A stretch of DNA of 64,000 nucleotides. It comes from Flavobacteriaceae bacterium (GTDB taxonomy: Bacteria; Bacteroidota; Bacteroidia; Flavobacteriales; Flavobacteriaceae). Both the position numbers and the translations under genes were made by a program. Where the stretch lies: the NCBI GenBank assembly GCA_035654795.1, contig DASRWC010000011.1, positions 9,734-73,733 of the forward strand, read 5' to 3'. This document shows, piece after piece, positions 17,971-28,239 of this stretch. The notes beneath the pieces were generated by a model. The model made no database searches and was not told where the DNA came from. It saw only the letters and a list, made by a program, of their open reading frames with translations. Position 1 is the stretch's first letter. The number at the start of each line of letters is the position of its first letter.

Positions 17971-18540
17971 ATGATAAGAAGTCTTTTCATTACCCTCTCT
18001 CTGCTCATTTCCGGCGCAGGTTTTAGTCAGAAGTATCTGGATAAGAACATGGCAGAAGTCACAACCACATGGAATAATGCAGAATTTTCGTCAGCCAAAT
18101 CAGTTTCTGAAAATATTGCATCTATGGAGGAACTGAGTATTTATACGCAATTAATGAAAGACAAGCAGTTGCAACAAATCTTGGATAAGGAAGAGATGGT
18201 AACGATTTTTGTAATTCACAATGACGCTTTTTCCGATTTAAAAAAGAAGCAAAAAGACTCTTTATTTGCAAACAAGAAGGGAATAGAGAAAATGATCACT
18301 TTTTTAGCAATTCCGGGTCGTGTTGATAGGAATGGAATGGAAGTGGCGGCCCGAAAGAATAAAAATAAAGCCCAATTTGCCACTTTGAATGGAGAAAGTC
18401 TTATTGTTATTGAGGAAAACGGAAAACTATTTCTTCAAGATGCAAATGGAAAGAGAGCCGCAGTTATTGCTTCCAATTTTTATCACAAGAATGGCCTCTT
18501 CCATATCATAGATAAACGTCTTTCTCCGGATAGAAAATAG
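17971..18540 (+). CDS. Secreted protein with a divergent fasciclin (FAS1)-like domain
   Basis: Signal peptide. TIFVIHNDAFSDL, FLAIPGRV and NGLFHIIDKRLSP follow the FAS1 H1/H2 pattern. Confidence 0.6.
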   Translation: MIRSLFITLSLLISGAGFSQKYLDKNMAEVTTTWNNAEFSSAKSVSENIASMEELSIYTQLMKDKQLQQILDKEEMVTIFVIHNDAFSDLKKKQKDSLFANKKGIEKMITFLAIPGRVDRNGMEVAARKNKNKAQFATLNGESLIVIEENGKLFLQDANGKRAAVIASNFYHKNGLFHIIDKRLSPDRK

Positions 18541-18542
18541 CT

Positions 18543-19172
18543 TTAATCGATTTCCACAAACCCGTTTAGGAGTTGCTCAACTTGGGAGCGTTGCGTCTCA
18601 AGTATTTCCGGAGAAGTGTAAACGGTGTATTGAACGGCACCATCCTTTCCGGAGTAATAGTAGCCGAGAAAAGTAAATTCGGCACCATGGAATAGACCGT
18701 TCATCTCGAGCATCAAAATTTTCAATCCGTTTACATTCCTATATTCTTCTTTAACAATTTCCACATCCGGAATCATAGTTCTAAGATTTTCTACCGCGAT
18801 ATGTCGAAGTGCTTCCAATGGAAATGGAAATTTCTCAACAATAATGACCGCATATACATCTCCTTCTTCTTTCAGCTGAAGTTCGAATTCTGCATCTTCA
18901 TTAGAAACAGCTTTTTTGAAACTCCACTTCTGAGGGTCCAGCCAGAAGCCAACTTTAAGGATCTTACTTTTTAAGAGGAAACCGGCCGATTCGCTTTTGG
19001 TGAATTTTGTAGAATTTTCTTGAATGGTAGAAGCATCCGGAATTTTGTTTAAATATTTCCAAGTGCCATTGGTGTACAGAATTACTTCGTCTCCCTGATC
19101 TGTAATGGCTTTTATTTGCGCTTGTAAAAGAGCGGAACTCAGTATTAATAAGAATAGTAGCGTTTTTCTCAT
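18543..19172 (-). CDS. Hypothetical secreted protein
   Basis: ATG at 19170..19172 gives the signal peptide MRKTLLFLLILSSALLQAQ. The ORF-track start at 19214 would overlap the pheT 3' end. Confidence 0.55.
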   Translation of the reverse strand: MRKTLLFLLILSSALLQAQIKAITDQGDEVILYTNGTWKYLNKIPDASTIQENSTKFTKSESAGFLLKSKILKVGFWLDPQKWSFKKAVSNEDAEFELQLKEEGDVYAVIIVEKFPFPLEALRHIAVENLRTMIPDVEIVKEEYRNVNGLKILMLEMNGLFHGAEFTFLGYYYSGKDGAVQYTVYTSPEILETQRSQVEQLLNGFVEID

Positions 19173-19182
19173 TTTTAAATTT

Positions 19183-21603
19183 TTATCTAAGAGAGGCTCC
19201 AAAGTCTGTTTCAAACTTTTTTCGCAATTTCTCCATAATTTTATCTATCTGCACATCTGTCATTGTTTTCTCCTCGTCTCGAAATATAAATTTGAGGGCA
19301 TAACTTTTTTTCCCTTCAGGCAGATTTTTACCTGTGTAAACATCAAAGAGTTCCACTTTTTTCAACAGTTTCTTTTCCGTTTGAAAGGAGGCCTTTCTCA
19401 GACTGTCAAAGCTGATGTTTTCATCCAATAAAAGTGCGAAATCTCTTTCTGTTCCCGGATATTTTGGAATTGGTTGAACGTGGAAATTGGAAGTTGGAAC
19501 CTGGTTCAATATTTCAGCCCAATCAAAATCAGCATAAAAAACCTCAGTATGAACATCCATTTTTTTGCGTAGTTTTTTGTTCAAAATTCCGAATTGCACC
19601 AGTGACTTTTTATTTCTTTCAAAGGAAATGCCTTCTGAGAAAATATCAGAGACTTGGGTTTCTTCATTAACATCTGACAATCCCAAACGATCGAAAATGG
19701 CTGCTACAATTCCTTTCCCGAAGAAGAAATCCGATTTTCTATTGGGAATTGCCCAATTTCCTTCATTGCGCATTCCACTAATAAAGATCGTCAAGTGTTT
19801 TTTCTCATTATAGTTGTCGTTTTCTTGGGAATAGCTTTTTCCAAATTCGAACAATAACAAATTGTTGTTGTTTCTATTTTGGTTATAAGCGATGGTTTCC
19901 AGGCCCGAAAAAACCATAGAAGGTCTCATAATAGAAAGTTCCAGACTCAATGGATTGAGAATTTTTACCTCTTTTCCTTTTATTTCAGAAGCTGTTTCTG
20001 AATATTTTGGGCTGGAAAGAGAGTTGTTCAACATTTCGTGAAACCCTTGCGAAGTCAGAAAAGCGCCTATTTTATTTTGAACCTGATAATCCTCAACAAG
20101 ACCTATGGGAGCTGTACTTGCATTTAATTTTTGGGAGAATTTGATATTATTATATCCGTAAACTCTCAGAATCTCTTCAATAACATCCACCTCACGGGTA
20201 ACATCATTTCTATAGGGTGGCACCGTCATTCCGATTCCCGTTTCGGTCATGTTTGTAATTTTCATTTCCAGGGAAGTAAGAATGTTTTTGATGGTTTCCA
20301 TGGGAATTTTCTCCCCGATAAGCTGAGATGCTTTTTGAAACTGAAGAAAAACAGGATGTCCTTCAATCTTTTTCGGATAGAGGTCAATCAAATCGCTTGT
20401 TATAGTTCCACCAGCCAGTTCTTTAATCAGAATAACCGCTCGGCGCAGTGCATAATCGGCTATGTTAGGATCTACTCCGCGTTCAAAACGGAAAGATGCA
20501 TCGGTGCTAATTCCGTGTCTTTTGGCCGTTTTTCGAACGGTGACCGGATCAAAATATGCACTTTCCAGAAAAATGGAAGTCGTTTCCGAAGATACTCCAC
20601 TATTGAATCCGCCAAATACTCCGGCAATAGCCAGAGGTTTTTCAGCATCGCAGATCATTAAATCTTCCTCGTGGACTGTTCTCTCCACCCCGTCAAGCGT
20701 GACAAATTTTGTTCCTTTTTCTATGGTTTTTACATGAATCTCATTGCCCATGATTTTAGCCGTATCAAAGGCGTGAAGAGGCTGTCCTAATTCGTGCAGA
20801 ACATAATTGGTCGCATCCACAATGTTGTTAATGGGGGAGAGTCCAATGGCTTTGAGTCGGTTTTGTAACCATGTTGGTGAAGGAGCCACTTTGATATCGC
20901 TCATGGTAATTCCGCAATATCGCGGAGCGCGTGTGGCATCTTCTACCTGTACTTTTATCTTGTGGGTGCGATTATCTACTCTAAAATTTGTTGTTGAAGG
21001 AGTAATGACTTTTGAAGTCACGCCCCGTTGCAAAAGGCCTGCTTTTAGGTCTCTGGCTACTCCCCAATGACTCATTGCATCAGCGCGATTGGGAGTTAAT
21101 CCAATTTCAAAAACCTTATCATTTTCGATTTTAAAAACGGTTGCGGCAGGTGTTCCGGATTTAATTTTCCCATCAAGAACCATAATTCCTTCGTGAGCAT
21201 CGCCTATTCCCAATTCTTTTTCTGAACAAATCATTCCTTCGCTGACTTCTCCGCGAATTTTAGTTTTAGCAATTTTGAATTCACCTTCCGAAGTATGTAA
21301 AGTGGTCCCGATGGTGGCTACCAAAACTTTTTGATTGACAGCTACATTGGGAGCACCGCACACAATTTGCAGCGTAGTGTTTTTGTCAATTTCAACCTGG
21401 GTAAGTTTAAGTTTATCGGCATTAGGATGTGGTTCACAATTTTTCACGTGTCCCACCACCACACCTTCCAAACCTCCTTTTATAGGAGAAAAATCTTTAA
21501 TACCTTCTACTTCCAAACCTAAATCTGTCAAGAGTTCGCCGGTCTGAGTAGCATCATAAGGAATCTCGATAAACTGTTTTAGCCAGTTGTATGAAATCTG
21601 CAT
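19183..21603 (-). CDS. pheT: Phenylalanine--tRNA ligase beta subunit
   Basis: 806 aa. MQISYNWLKQF N-terminus, tRNA-binding domain (CEPHPNADKL), B3/4, B5 and FDX-ACB regions. Confidence 0.97.
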   Translation of the reverse strand: MQISYNWLKQFIEIPYDATQTGELLTDLGLEVEGIKDFSPIKGGLEGVVVGHVKNCEPHPNADKLKLTQVEIDKNTTLQIVCGAPNVAVNQKVLVATIGTTLHTSEGEFKIAKTKIRGEVSEGMICSEKELGIGDAHEGIMVLDGKIKSGTPAATVFKIENDKVFEIGLTPNRADAMSHWGVARDLKAGLLQRGVTSKVITPSTTNFRVDNRTHKIKVQVEDATRAPRYCGITMSDIKVAPSPTWLQNRLKAIGLSPINNIVDATNYVLHELGQPLHAFDTAKIMGNEIHVKTIEKGTKFVTLDGVERTVHEEDLMICDAEKPLAIAGVFGGFNSGVSSETTSIFLESAYFDPVTVRKTAKRHGISTDASFRFERGVDPNIADYALRRAVILIKELAGGTITSDLIDLYPKKIEGHPVFLQFQKASQLIGEKIPMETIKNILTSLEMKITNMTETGIGMTVPPYRNDVTREVDVIEEILRVYGYNNIKFSQKLNASTAPIGLVEDYQVQNKIGAFLTSQGFHEMLNNSLSSPKYSETASEIKGKEVKILNPLSLELSIMRPSMVFSGLETIAYNQNRNNNNLLLFEFGKSYSQENDNYNEKKHLTIFISGMRNEGNWAIPNRKSDFFFGKGIVAAIFDRLGLSDVNEETQVSDIFSEGISFERNKKSLVQFGILNKKLRKKMDVHTEVFYADFDWAEILNQVPTSNFHVQPIPKYPGTERDFALLLDENISFDSLRKASFQTEKKLLKKVELFDVYTGKNLPEGKKSYALKFIFRDEEKTMTDVQIDKIMEKLRKKFETDFGASLR

Positions 21604-21701
21604 AATCTTTTTCTATTTCAAAACTGCGCAAAGATAAGATTTAGATTCCTAAAGACTGTGGGTAAAACTTCAGATTTTAGCAGATGAAAGGTCATCAGCT
21701 T

Positions 21702-22097
21702 TTAAATCGTAATGAGCCATTTTCGAAGCAGATGCCTGAAACGACGAATTTCTTTTAGAATAACGGGTACATATTCCTTTCCGTTGCTGTTGGCGTTCTC
21801 AAGCCTCTGACAATTATAATAGAGTCTATTGCAAAGATTCAAAATAGAAATTGCATGACGGTGTTTGTCCTCTTGAAAATACTCCTCTTCAGCCTTTAAA
21901 ATATGCGGCCCCAGAGAAAAAGATTGTTGAACAATATCTCCTGAAATATATATATGCGGATCTTCATAATTTCTGATATCCTTCTCTGATAAATCCTGCG
22001 AAAGATATTCTGACAAGTGATGAGCCAATCGTAGAATCTCCTGAGCTTTTGAATAAATGGGAGAATAACGGTTATTATGTAATGAAGAGGTAAACAT
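21702..22097 (-). CDS. Hypothetical helical protein
   Basis: ATG at 22095..22097 (MFTSSLHNN..). Predicted all-helical. No family recognised with confidence. Confidence 0.45.
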   Translation of the reverse strand: MFTSSLHNNRYSPIYSKAQEILRLAHHLSEYLSQDLSEKDIRNYEDPHIYISGDIVQQSFSLGPHILKAEEEYFQEDKHRHAISILNLCNRLYYNCQRLENANSNGKEYVPVILKEIRRFRHLLRKWLITI

Positions 22098-22221
22098 ATT
22101 GATTCTTAGAAAAATAAGTGTATCAAATGTAGAAAGTTTAAAATACAATAGCTAAAACAATCTTAAGTATGAGAGAATTTTGCTTTAAAATTTAAAGTAT
22201 ATTTGAATAAAACTTTAAAAA

Positions 22222-22683
22222 ATGCTCGACAGTATAAATTGGAAAATTCTAAGATGTCTTCAACAAAATGCCCGCATGTCAAATACCGCAATAGGAAAAG
22301 AAGTGGGTATCAGTTCCCCGGCAGTATCAGAGCGCATAAAAAAGATGGAAGATGCAGGAATTATTACCAGGTATATCACCTTAGTGTCTCCTTATGAAAC
22401 CGGTTTTCAATTAAAAGCAATTATCACTCTGCGCGCTTTTATGGGTAAACTAAAACCTTTCCTGGAAATTGTTCAGACTTATGATGAGGTTATAAATTGT
22501 TACCGCATCACCGGAAACGAAAATATTGTAATGGAAGTGGTATTAAAAAATCAAAAGCATTTAGAAACTTTTATAGATCAACTCATTGTTTACGGCGAAA
22601 CAAAAACACAAATTGTTCTTTCTCAAGTTGTCAAATACAATAGTATAAAACCTTTTCATCCACCGATGGGGAAAAAAGAGTAA
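22222..22683 (+). CDS. Lrp/AsnC family transcriptional regulator
   Basis: N-terminal HTH (ILRCLQQNARMSNTAIGKEVGISSPAVSERIKKME) followed by a RAM/AsnC_trans_reg domain. Confidence 0.92.
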   Translation: MLDSINWKILRCLQQNARMSNTAIGKEVGISSPAVSERIKKMEDAGIITRYITLVSPYETGFQLKAIITLRAFMGKLKPFLEIVQTYDEVINCYRITGNENIVMEVVLKNQKHLETFIDQLIVYGETKTQIVLSQVVKYNSIKPFHPPMGKKE

Positions 22684-22688
22684 TGGGT

Positions 22689-23108
22689 TTAAAACTTGGC
22701 CACCATGATTATGGTTCCTAATATTATCAGACCGGCGCCAATTCCGGTTTTCAAAGAGATTTGTTCGTTCAGAAATATTACGGCCAAAATAATTACAAGC
22801 GCCACGCTCAATTTATCTACGGCGGCTACCTTTGATACTTCTCCCACTTCAAGTGCTTTAAAGTAGAAGAGCCAAGACAATCCTGTTGCTATTCCGGAAA
22901 TAATCAGAAAAAACAATCCTTGTTTGGATACTGTTCCCAAAGCTTTGCCTTCGCCTTTAAAAATGACTATAGCCCATACAAGAATTAAAATTACAACCGT
23001 TCGGATGGCGGTGGCGAGATTAGAGCTAATAGATGCCACGCCAAGTTTAGCAAAGATTGCAGTGAGGACAGCAAAGAGAGCAGCTAGAAGTGCATAAAAA
23101 ATCCATAT
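22689..23108 (-). CDS. Small EamA-like (DMT superfamily, about 4 TM) transporter; start codon uncertain
   Basis: The ORF track starts at GTG 23039. However, the first TM helix (WIFYALLAALFAVLTAIFAKLG) is encoded in frame upstream, up to a TGA at 23136-23138, with no ATG/GTG/TTG in frame. The 5' limit given here is the ATA at 23106-23108. Confidence 0.55.
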   Translation of the reverse strand: MWIFYALLAALFAVLTAIFAKLGVASISSNLATAIRTVVILILVWAIVIFKGEGKALGTVSKQGLFFLIISGIATGLSWLFYFKALEVGEVSKVAAVDKLSVALVIILAVIFLNEQISLKTGIGAGLIILGTIIMVAKF

Positions 23109-23303
23109 AGTCTTAAAGAGAATAATATACGTCTGTCAGAACAGCCGGAAGCCACCGATATACCATTAAGAGAATGACGAAAAAATGATGGTCATGGTCG
23201 GAGAATTCTCGTTAAAAGTTATTGTTGCATTTCAATTTTAAGCCATTTTAGCGCCCGTTGCTATCCCGTACAAAACTATTATCTTGCAGGCTCATTTGAG
23301 AGC

Positions 23304-24761
23304 ATGAAAGCGTCTATGCCTAAAACAACTGCCCAAACTACATCTTTCAATCCTTTTTTAATAGGAATAATTTGCGGAATTTATCCCTTATTGTTCTATT
23401 ATTCCAACAATTTTTCGGCTATAAACACTTGGGAACATTTCGGGTTTTTTACTCTTTTTTTTATAGGTCTTCCTACCGGAGTGTTTTTATTATTGAAGAT
23501 TTTATTGAATTTTTTTCCTAAAACTGAATCTTTCCGCAACCCCATACTTTTTGTGTGTATAGTGATGTCTGTGGCTGTGCTTATGTCTTTTGCTATGTAT
23601 CTAATGCTTAAGAAGAAGGTATTAGTTCTTGTTTTTGTAATTAGCATCATTTTGGCGTGGAAGTTAGGAAACCAATATAAGAAGTTATTGATCTTGGTAT
23701 TAATAATGAGTCTCATTCCTCTAGGGAAAAATATTGTCCATATATATGAACATCAAAAACCAATGCCCTGGGCATCTCTTCCTGATGCTATTGCAGATGT
23801 TCGTTTTGTTCATAAACCAAATATATACCTCATTCAGCCGGACGGATATGTGGGGCGAACTGCTATGCGTGAAGCGCCCTATGAATTAGAAAATCCGCTT
23901 TACCCCTGGCTTGAGGAGAAAGGTTTTACCCTTTATGACGATTTTAGAAGTAATTATCCTGCGAGCCTTACTTCCAATTCCTCCATGTTTTCCATGAAGC
24001 AGCACCGATTTAATAACATGCTGTTTCCTTCAATCGAAATGCCAAATGCCCGGAATTTTATTTCCGGAACCAGTTCCGCTCTAGAGATTTTGAAATCAAA
24101 TGGATATCGCACATTTTTTATAGTGGAGGATGAGTATTTTCAACAAAATCGTCCTGAGCCGGGATATGATTTTTATAATATTAATTTTAAGGAAATACCT
24201 TATTTCAGTGATGACAACAGCGTGAAGAAAGATGTCTTTGCCGACTTAAAAAACGCCATGAAAATAAATGTCGGAGAAGCACCAAAATTCTTTTTTGTTG
24301 AAAAATTACTACCTCATCACATACATTTTATTGGAACGAAAGAAGAAGAACGTCAGAGGTATCTGGAGCGCATCCGTGAGGTCAATGAATGGATAAAAGA
24401 GACAACGCTGTATATTCAAGAGAACGATCCAACAGCACTTGTTATTTTTCTTGCCGACCACGGAGGTTGGGTGGATTTAGGAAGTTATCCGGAGATGTTT
24501 TCCATAACAAATAAAAGGCAACTAACTTCAATTTTTTCCACCCTTGCTGCCATTAAATGGAACGGATATCTTCATGACCAAAAAGATCAGGAACTGCGAA
24601 GCAATGTAAATTTATTCCGTGTTCTTTTTTCTGTTCTGAGCGATGAGGATAAATATTTAAAATATCTGGAAGACAATTCGAGTTATAACTTAAAAACGGG
24701 CACCTTTTCCAATTCTGTACGGGCTGTTTTAGATGACCACGGAAATGTGATAGCGAAGTAA
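23304..24761 (+). CDS. Membrane protein with a C-terminal alkaline-phosphatase/sulfatase-like domain
   Basis: About 5 N-terminal TM helices. The extracytoplasmic domain has IYLIQPDGY and FLADHGGW (GDHG-like) motifs. The family assignment is tentative. Confidence 0.5.
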   Translation: MKASMPKTTAQTTSFNPFLIGIICGIYPLLFYYSNNFSAINTWEHFGFFTLFFIGLPTGVFLLLKILLNFFPKTESFRNPILFVCIVMSVAVLMSFAMYLMLKKKVLVLVFVISIILAWKLGNQYKKLLILVLIMSLIPLGKNIVHIYEHQKPMPWASLPDAIADVRFVHKPNIYLIQPDGYVGRTAMREAPYELENPLYPWLEEKGFTLYDDFRSNYPASLTSNSSMFSMKQHRFNNMLFPSIEMPNARNFISGTSSALEILKSNGYRTFFIVEDEYFQQNRPEPGYDFYNINFKEIPYFSDDNSVKKDVFADLKNAMKINVGEAPKFFFVEKLLPHHIHFIGTKEEERQRYLERIREVNEWIKETTLYIQENDPTALVIFLADHGGWVDLGSYPEMFSITNKRQLTSIFSTLAAIKWNGYLHDQKDQELRSNVNLFRVLFSVLSDEDKYLKYLEDNSSYNLKTGTFSNSVRAVLDDHGNVIAK

Positions 24762-24762
24762 T

Positions 24763-25740
24763 ATGAAAACCATCGAAGTCAAAAAATATGATGCCAATCT
24801 AAAGGAGTCTTGGGATTCCTTTGTTGATAAAGCAAAAAATGCTACTTTTTTGTTTCGTCGAGACTTTATGGATTATCATAAACATCGTTTTGAAGACTAT
24901 TCTTTAATGGTCTTTGAAGGGAAAAAGTTGATGGCGGTTTTGCCTGCCAATATTGTAGGGAATTCTGTTTTTTCGCATCAAGGACTTTCCTATGGCGGAT
25001 TGGTTTTGCAACGGGAAGTGTATTTCTCTCAGGTGGTGGACATTTTTCGTGCTGTTCTTCTGTTTCTGGAAAATGATCGAAAAGAAAATTTGCACCTAAA
25101 GTTGTTGCCTCACATTTATCATAAAGTCCCTTCAGAGGAAATCGAATACCTCCTATTTATATTGAAGGCGAAGTTGGAAAGATGCGATACCGCTGCGGTG
25201 ATTGATTATAGGCATCGGTTGGAAATAAAATCTTCAAATAGGCTACGCGGAATAAAAAAAGCAATAAAAAATAAGTTGCAAATCAAAGAAGAGGTCAATT
25301 TCGAAGATTTTTGGTCAGAAGTTCTCATTCCAAATTTAAAAAGAGCACATCGCGCTTCTCCCGTTCACACAGTGGAAGAAATTGATAAATTAAGAAAAAA
25401 CTTTCCTGAGAATATCAGACAGTTTAACGTCTATTCAGGTACTGAAATTTTGGGAGGAACAACTATTTTTGAAACCAATGAAGTGGCTCATGTACAATAC
25501 ATATCGGCTACCGAGGCAGGACGAAATATGGGAGCCTTGGATCTCCTTTATGAAGTTTTGATTGACAATTTTTCACAAAAAAAATATTTTACTTTCGGGA
25601 TTTCCAATGAAGATCAGGGACAAAAAGTCAATAAAGGACTTTTGCATTGGAAAGAAACTTTTGGGGCACGCACCGTAACCCATTCCTTTTATAAAGTTGA
25701 AACAAAAAATCATCCACTTCTTAATGCCATTTACGTATGA
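24763..25740 (+). CDS. GNAT/FemAB-like acyltransferase
   Basis: 325 aa. Begins 1 nt after the previous stop and overlaps the DegT gene by 4 nt. Its position is equivalent to wecD in ECA-type loci. The fold assignment is by resemblance only. Confidence 0.55.
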   Translation: MKTIEVKKYDANLKESWDSFVDKAKNATFLFRRDFMDYHKHRFEDYSLMVFEGKKLMAVLPANIVGNSVFSHQGLSYGGLVLQREVYFSQVVDIFRAVLLFLENDRKENLHLKLLPHIYHKVPSEEIEYLLFILKAKLERCDTAAVIDYRHRLEIKSSNRLRGIKKAIKNKLQIKEEVNFEDFWSEVLIPNLKRAHRASPVHTVEEIDKLRKNFPENIRQFNVYSGTEILGGTTIFETNEVAHVQYISATEAGRNMGALDLLYEVLIDNFSQKKYFTFGISNEDQGQKVNKGLLHWKETFGARTVTHSFYKVETKNHPLLNAIYV

Positions 25741-26837
25741 TTCCTTTCCTGGATTTAAAAAGTATCAATAATCGATTTGAGAAAGAGTTTAATGACAGGC
25801 TCAGAAGATTTTTTGCCTCCGGGCACTATATACTGGGAAATGAGGTGCGTCTGTTTGAAACTAATTTTGCCCGTTATTGCGGTGTGCAGCATTGCATAGG
25901 TGTCGGAAACGGATTGGATGCACTCCGTCTGATTCTGGAAGGTTATAAAATTTTGGGCAAATTAAAGGCCGGAGATCGTGTATTGATAGCTGCCAACACC
26001 TTTATTGCAACGATTCTCGCCGTAAAACAAGCCGGACTTCAACCGATTCTGGTAGATGCTGATGAGCGAACCTTTAATTTTGATATGGAAAAACTGCGGG
26101 AGAAATTAACTCCGGAAGTTAAAGCTATCATGGCGGTGCATCTTTATGGACAATTAGCGCCAATGGAATCTATTTTAGAAATGGCCCGAGAACATGACCT
26201 GTTGGTTATTGAAGATGCGGCGCAAGCTCATGGAGCAGAAGACATCCACGGAAAACGTGCGGGAAATTTGGGAAATGCTGCCGGATTCAGTTTTTACCCG
26301 GGGAAAAACTTAGGTGCTCTGGGAGATGGAGGAGCTGTAACTACAAATGATGATGCTTTGGCAGAAGTGATTTCAAAACTTAGAAACTACGGAAGCATTC
26401 GCAAATATGAAAATGAATTTGTCGGATTCAATTCAAGGTTAGATGAGATTCAAGCTGTTTTTCTGAATGTGAAATTGCCATTGCTTGATGCAGATAATGC
26501 ACGAAGACGGGAGATAGCCAAACGCTATCTAAGGGAGATCAAAAACCATAAAATTGTTCTACCTTCTTTTGGCGGAGGAAAAGGGCATGTTTTTCATCTA
26601 TTTGTGGTACGGGTTCAGAAACGTCAGGATTTTATGGAACATTTAGATCGGAAAAATATCGGTCATCTTATTCATTATCCAATTCCGCCACATCAACAAA
26701 AAGCCTTGAATGAATTTTCCACCCAACACTTTCCTGCTACAGAGAAAATTCATCAAGAAGTAATTAGCCTACCCATTAGTCCGATAATGACACCGGCTGA
26801 TGTTACTCGGGTTATAGAAGCAGTAAATTCTTTTTAA
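25737..26837 (+). CDS. DegT/DnrJ/EryC1/StrS family PLP aminotransferase (sugar 4-aminotransferase, WecE-like)
   Basis: IPFLDLK N-terminus, [24 protein letters not shown] (PLP lysine), YPIPPHQQ. Confidence 0.92.
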   Translation: MIPFLDLKSINNRFEKEFNDRLRRFFASGHYILGNEVRLFETNFARYCGVQHCIGVGNGLDALRLILEGYKILGKLKAGDRVLIAANTFIATILAVKQAGLQPILVDADERTFNFDMEKLREKLTPEVKAIMAVHLYGQLAPMESILEMAREHDLLVIEDAAQAHGAEDIHGKRAGNLGNAAGFSFYPGKNLGALGDGGAVTTNDDALAEVISKLRNYGSIRKYENEFVGFNSRLDEIQAVFLNVKLPLLDADNARRREIAKRYLREIKNHKIVLPSFGGGKGHVFHLFVVRVQKRQDFMEHLDRKNIGHLIHYPIPPHQQKALNEFSTQHFPATEKIHQEVISLPISPIMTPADVTRVIEAVNSF

Positions 26838-26847
26838 AAAACGACTA

Positions 26848-28134
26848 GTGAAACTTCCCGCCTTCATACGAAACAATTTGTTGTTAAAAATGACCTCATT
26901 AAATGCGGGCGTTATTGCGGTGAGGCTGGTAATTTCGCTTTTTGTGCAGCGGCTGTTGGCGCAAATGGTCGGGGAGGCAGGGATTGCCAAAATCGGGTCG
27001 CTACGAAATCTCCTGGAAATGTTGGGATCCTTTGCTTCTGTAGGAGTTTTTAGTGGTGTCGTAAAATACGTTGCTCAATATCAAGAAGATAAAGAGCAAC
27101 TTCAAAAGCTTTTTTCCACTTCCACCGTTTTTGTTCTCTTTGGATCCCTCACTGTTTTTTGTGTTTTATTTTTCGGATCAGAATACTTCAGTCGTACCAT
27201 CTTCGAAACTGAAGATTTTGTTTACCTCATAAAATTGCTGGCCATTGTAGTTCCATTTATCGGAATTTATAGGTTATATAACGGGGTAGTCAACGGGTTG
27301 TCGAGGTATAAAAGACTCGCGAGTATCGATTTGTTCAGTTATATCGTCAGTTCGGTTTTGACCGTGATATTGCTTTTAACGCACAATCTTGACGGGGCAA
27401 TGGTAGCTATTGCGATAACTCCGGTTTTCCAATTTTTAGTTTTGCTTTTTATTTTCGGAAAAGTTCTGAAAGAATATGTTCAATTCTCTCAATTATCTTT
27501 TAAAATCCCAATGGCAAAAGAGCTATTGGCTTTTTCTTTAATGTCTTTCTTTTCAACCGTTTTATTGAATTATGTAGAGATTGATATTAGGATAATGATT
27601 CAGAACCGAATCCATATAGACGATGCAGGAATCTGGACTGCAATGACCAATATTTCCAAAAACTATATGGTATTTTCGCAAGCGGTTTTTTCCTTATATG
27701 TACTACCAAAATTTGCCGGAATTTTTACCCGCCATGAGTTCAAAAAAGAATTGCTAAGCATCTACAAAACCCTCCTTCCTCTTTTTGGAGTGGGGATGAT
27801 TCTGGTGTATGTATTGAGAGATGTTGTTATTCAAATTATTTACCCTGATTTTACAGAAATGGCTCCATTATTCAAATGGCAACTTCTGGGAGACTTTGTT
27901 CGGCTGGCGTCTCTTGTTTTGGGTTATCAGTTTTTAGCAAAAAGGCTGGTTCGGAATTTCATTTTTACCGAAATTTTATCCTTGGCACTTTTTTATGGAT
28001 TCTCCTACTACCTAACAGGCATCTATGGCGTGGAAGGTGTTGTAATGGCTCATTTTTTTAGATATCTAATATACTTTGTTGTGGTGCTGGTTTTGGTGCT
28101 TCGCTATTTTAGAAAAAACAAAATATTATTATAA
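26848..28134 (+). CDS. Wzx-type polysaccharide/O-antigen flippase (WzxE-like)
   Basis: About 12 TM helices of the MOP superfamily. Follows the aminotransferase as in the wecE-wzxE arrangement. GTG start at 26848; alternative ATG at 26890. Confidence 0.8.
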   Translation: MKLPAFIRNNLLLKMTSLNAGVIAVRLVISLFVQRLLAQMVGEAGIAKIGSLRNLLEMLGSFASVGVFSGVVKYVAQYQEDKEQLQKLFSTSTVFVLFGSLTVFCVLFFGSEYFSRTIFETEDFVYLIKLLAIVVPFIGIYRLYNGVVNGLSRYKRLASIDLFSYIVSSVLTVILLLTHNLDGAMVAIAITPVFQFLVLLFIFGKVLKEYVQFSQLSFKIPMAKELLAFSLMSFFSTVLLNYVEIDIRIMIQNRIHIDDAGIWTAMTNISKNYMVFSQAVFSLYVLPKFAGIFTRHEFKKELLSIYKTLLPLFGVGMILVYVLRDVVIQIIYPDFTEMAPLFKWQLLGDFVRLASLVLGYQFLAKRLVRNFIFTEILSLALFYGFSYYLTGIYGVEGVVMAHFFRYLIYFVVVLVLVLRYFRKNKILL

Positions 28135-28239
28135 GACCAACAACATCAGGAAGAATAACAAATAGTTTAAATATTTCCCGGATCAATTTCTGACCGGGCT
28201 ATACTTTTTGCAAATTCAAAATTTTCGTATTTTTGAAGC

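Noticed and set aside
20131-20661. 176-aa plus-strand ORF inside pheT, with several others between 19105 and 21547.
   Set aside because: Antisense to pheT. No motifs. Explained by the long open complementary frame.
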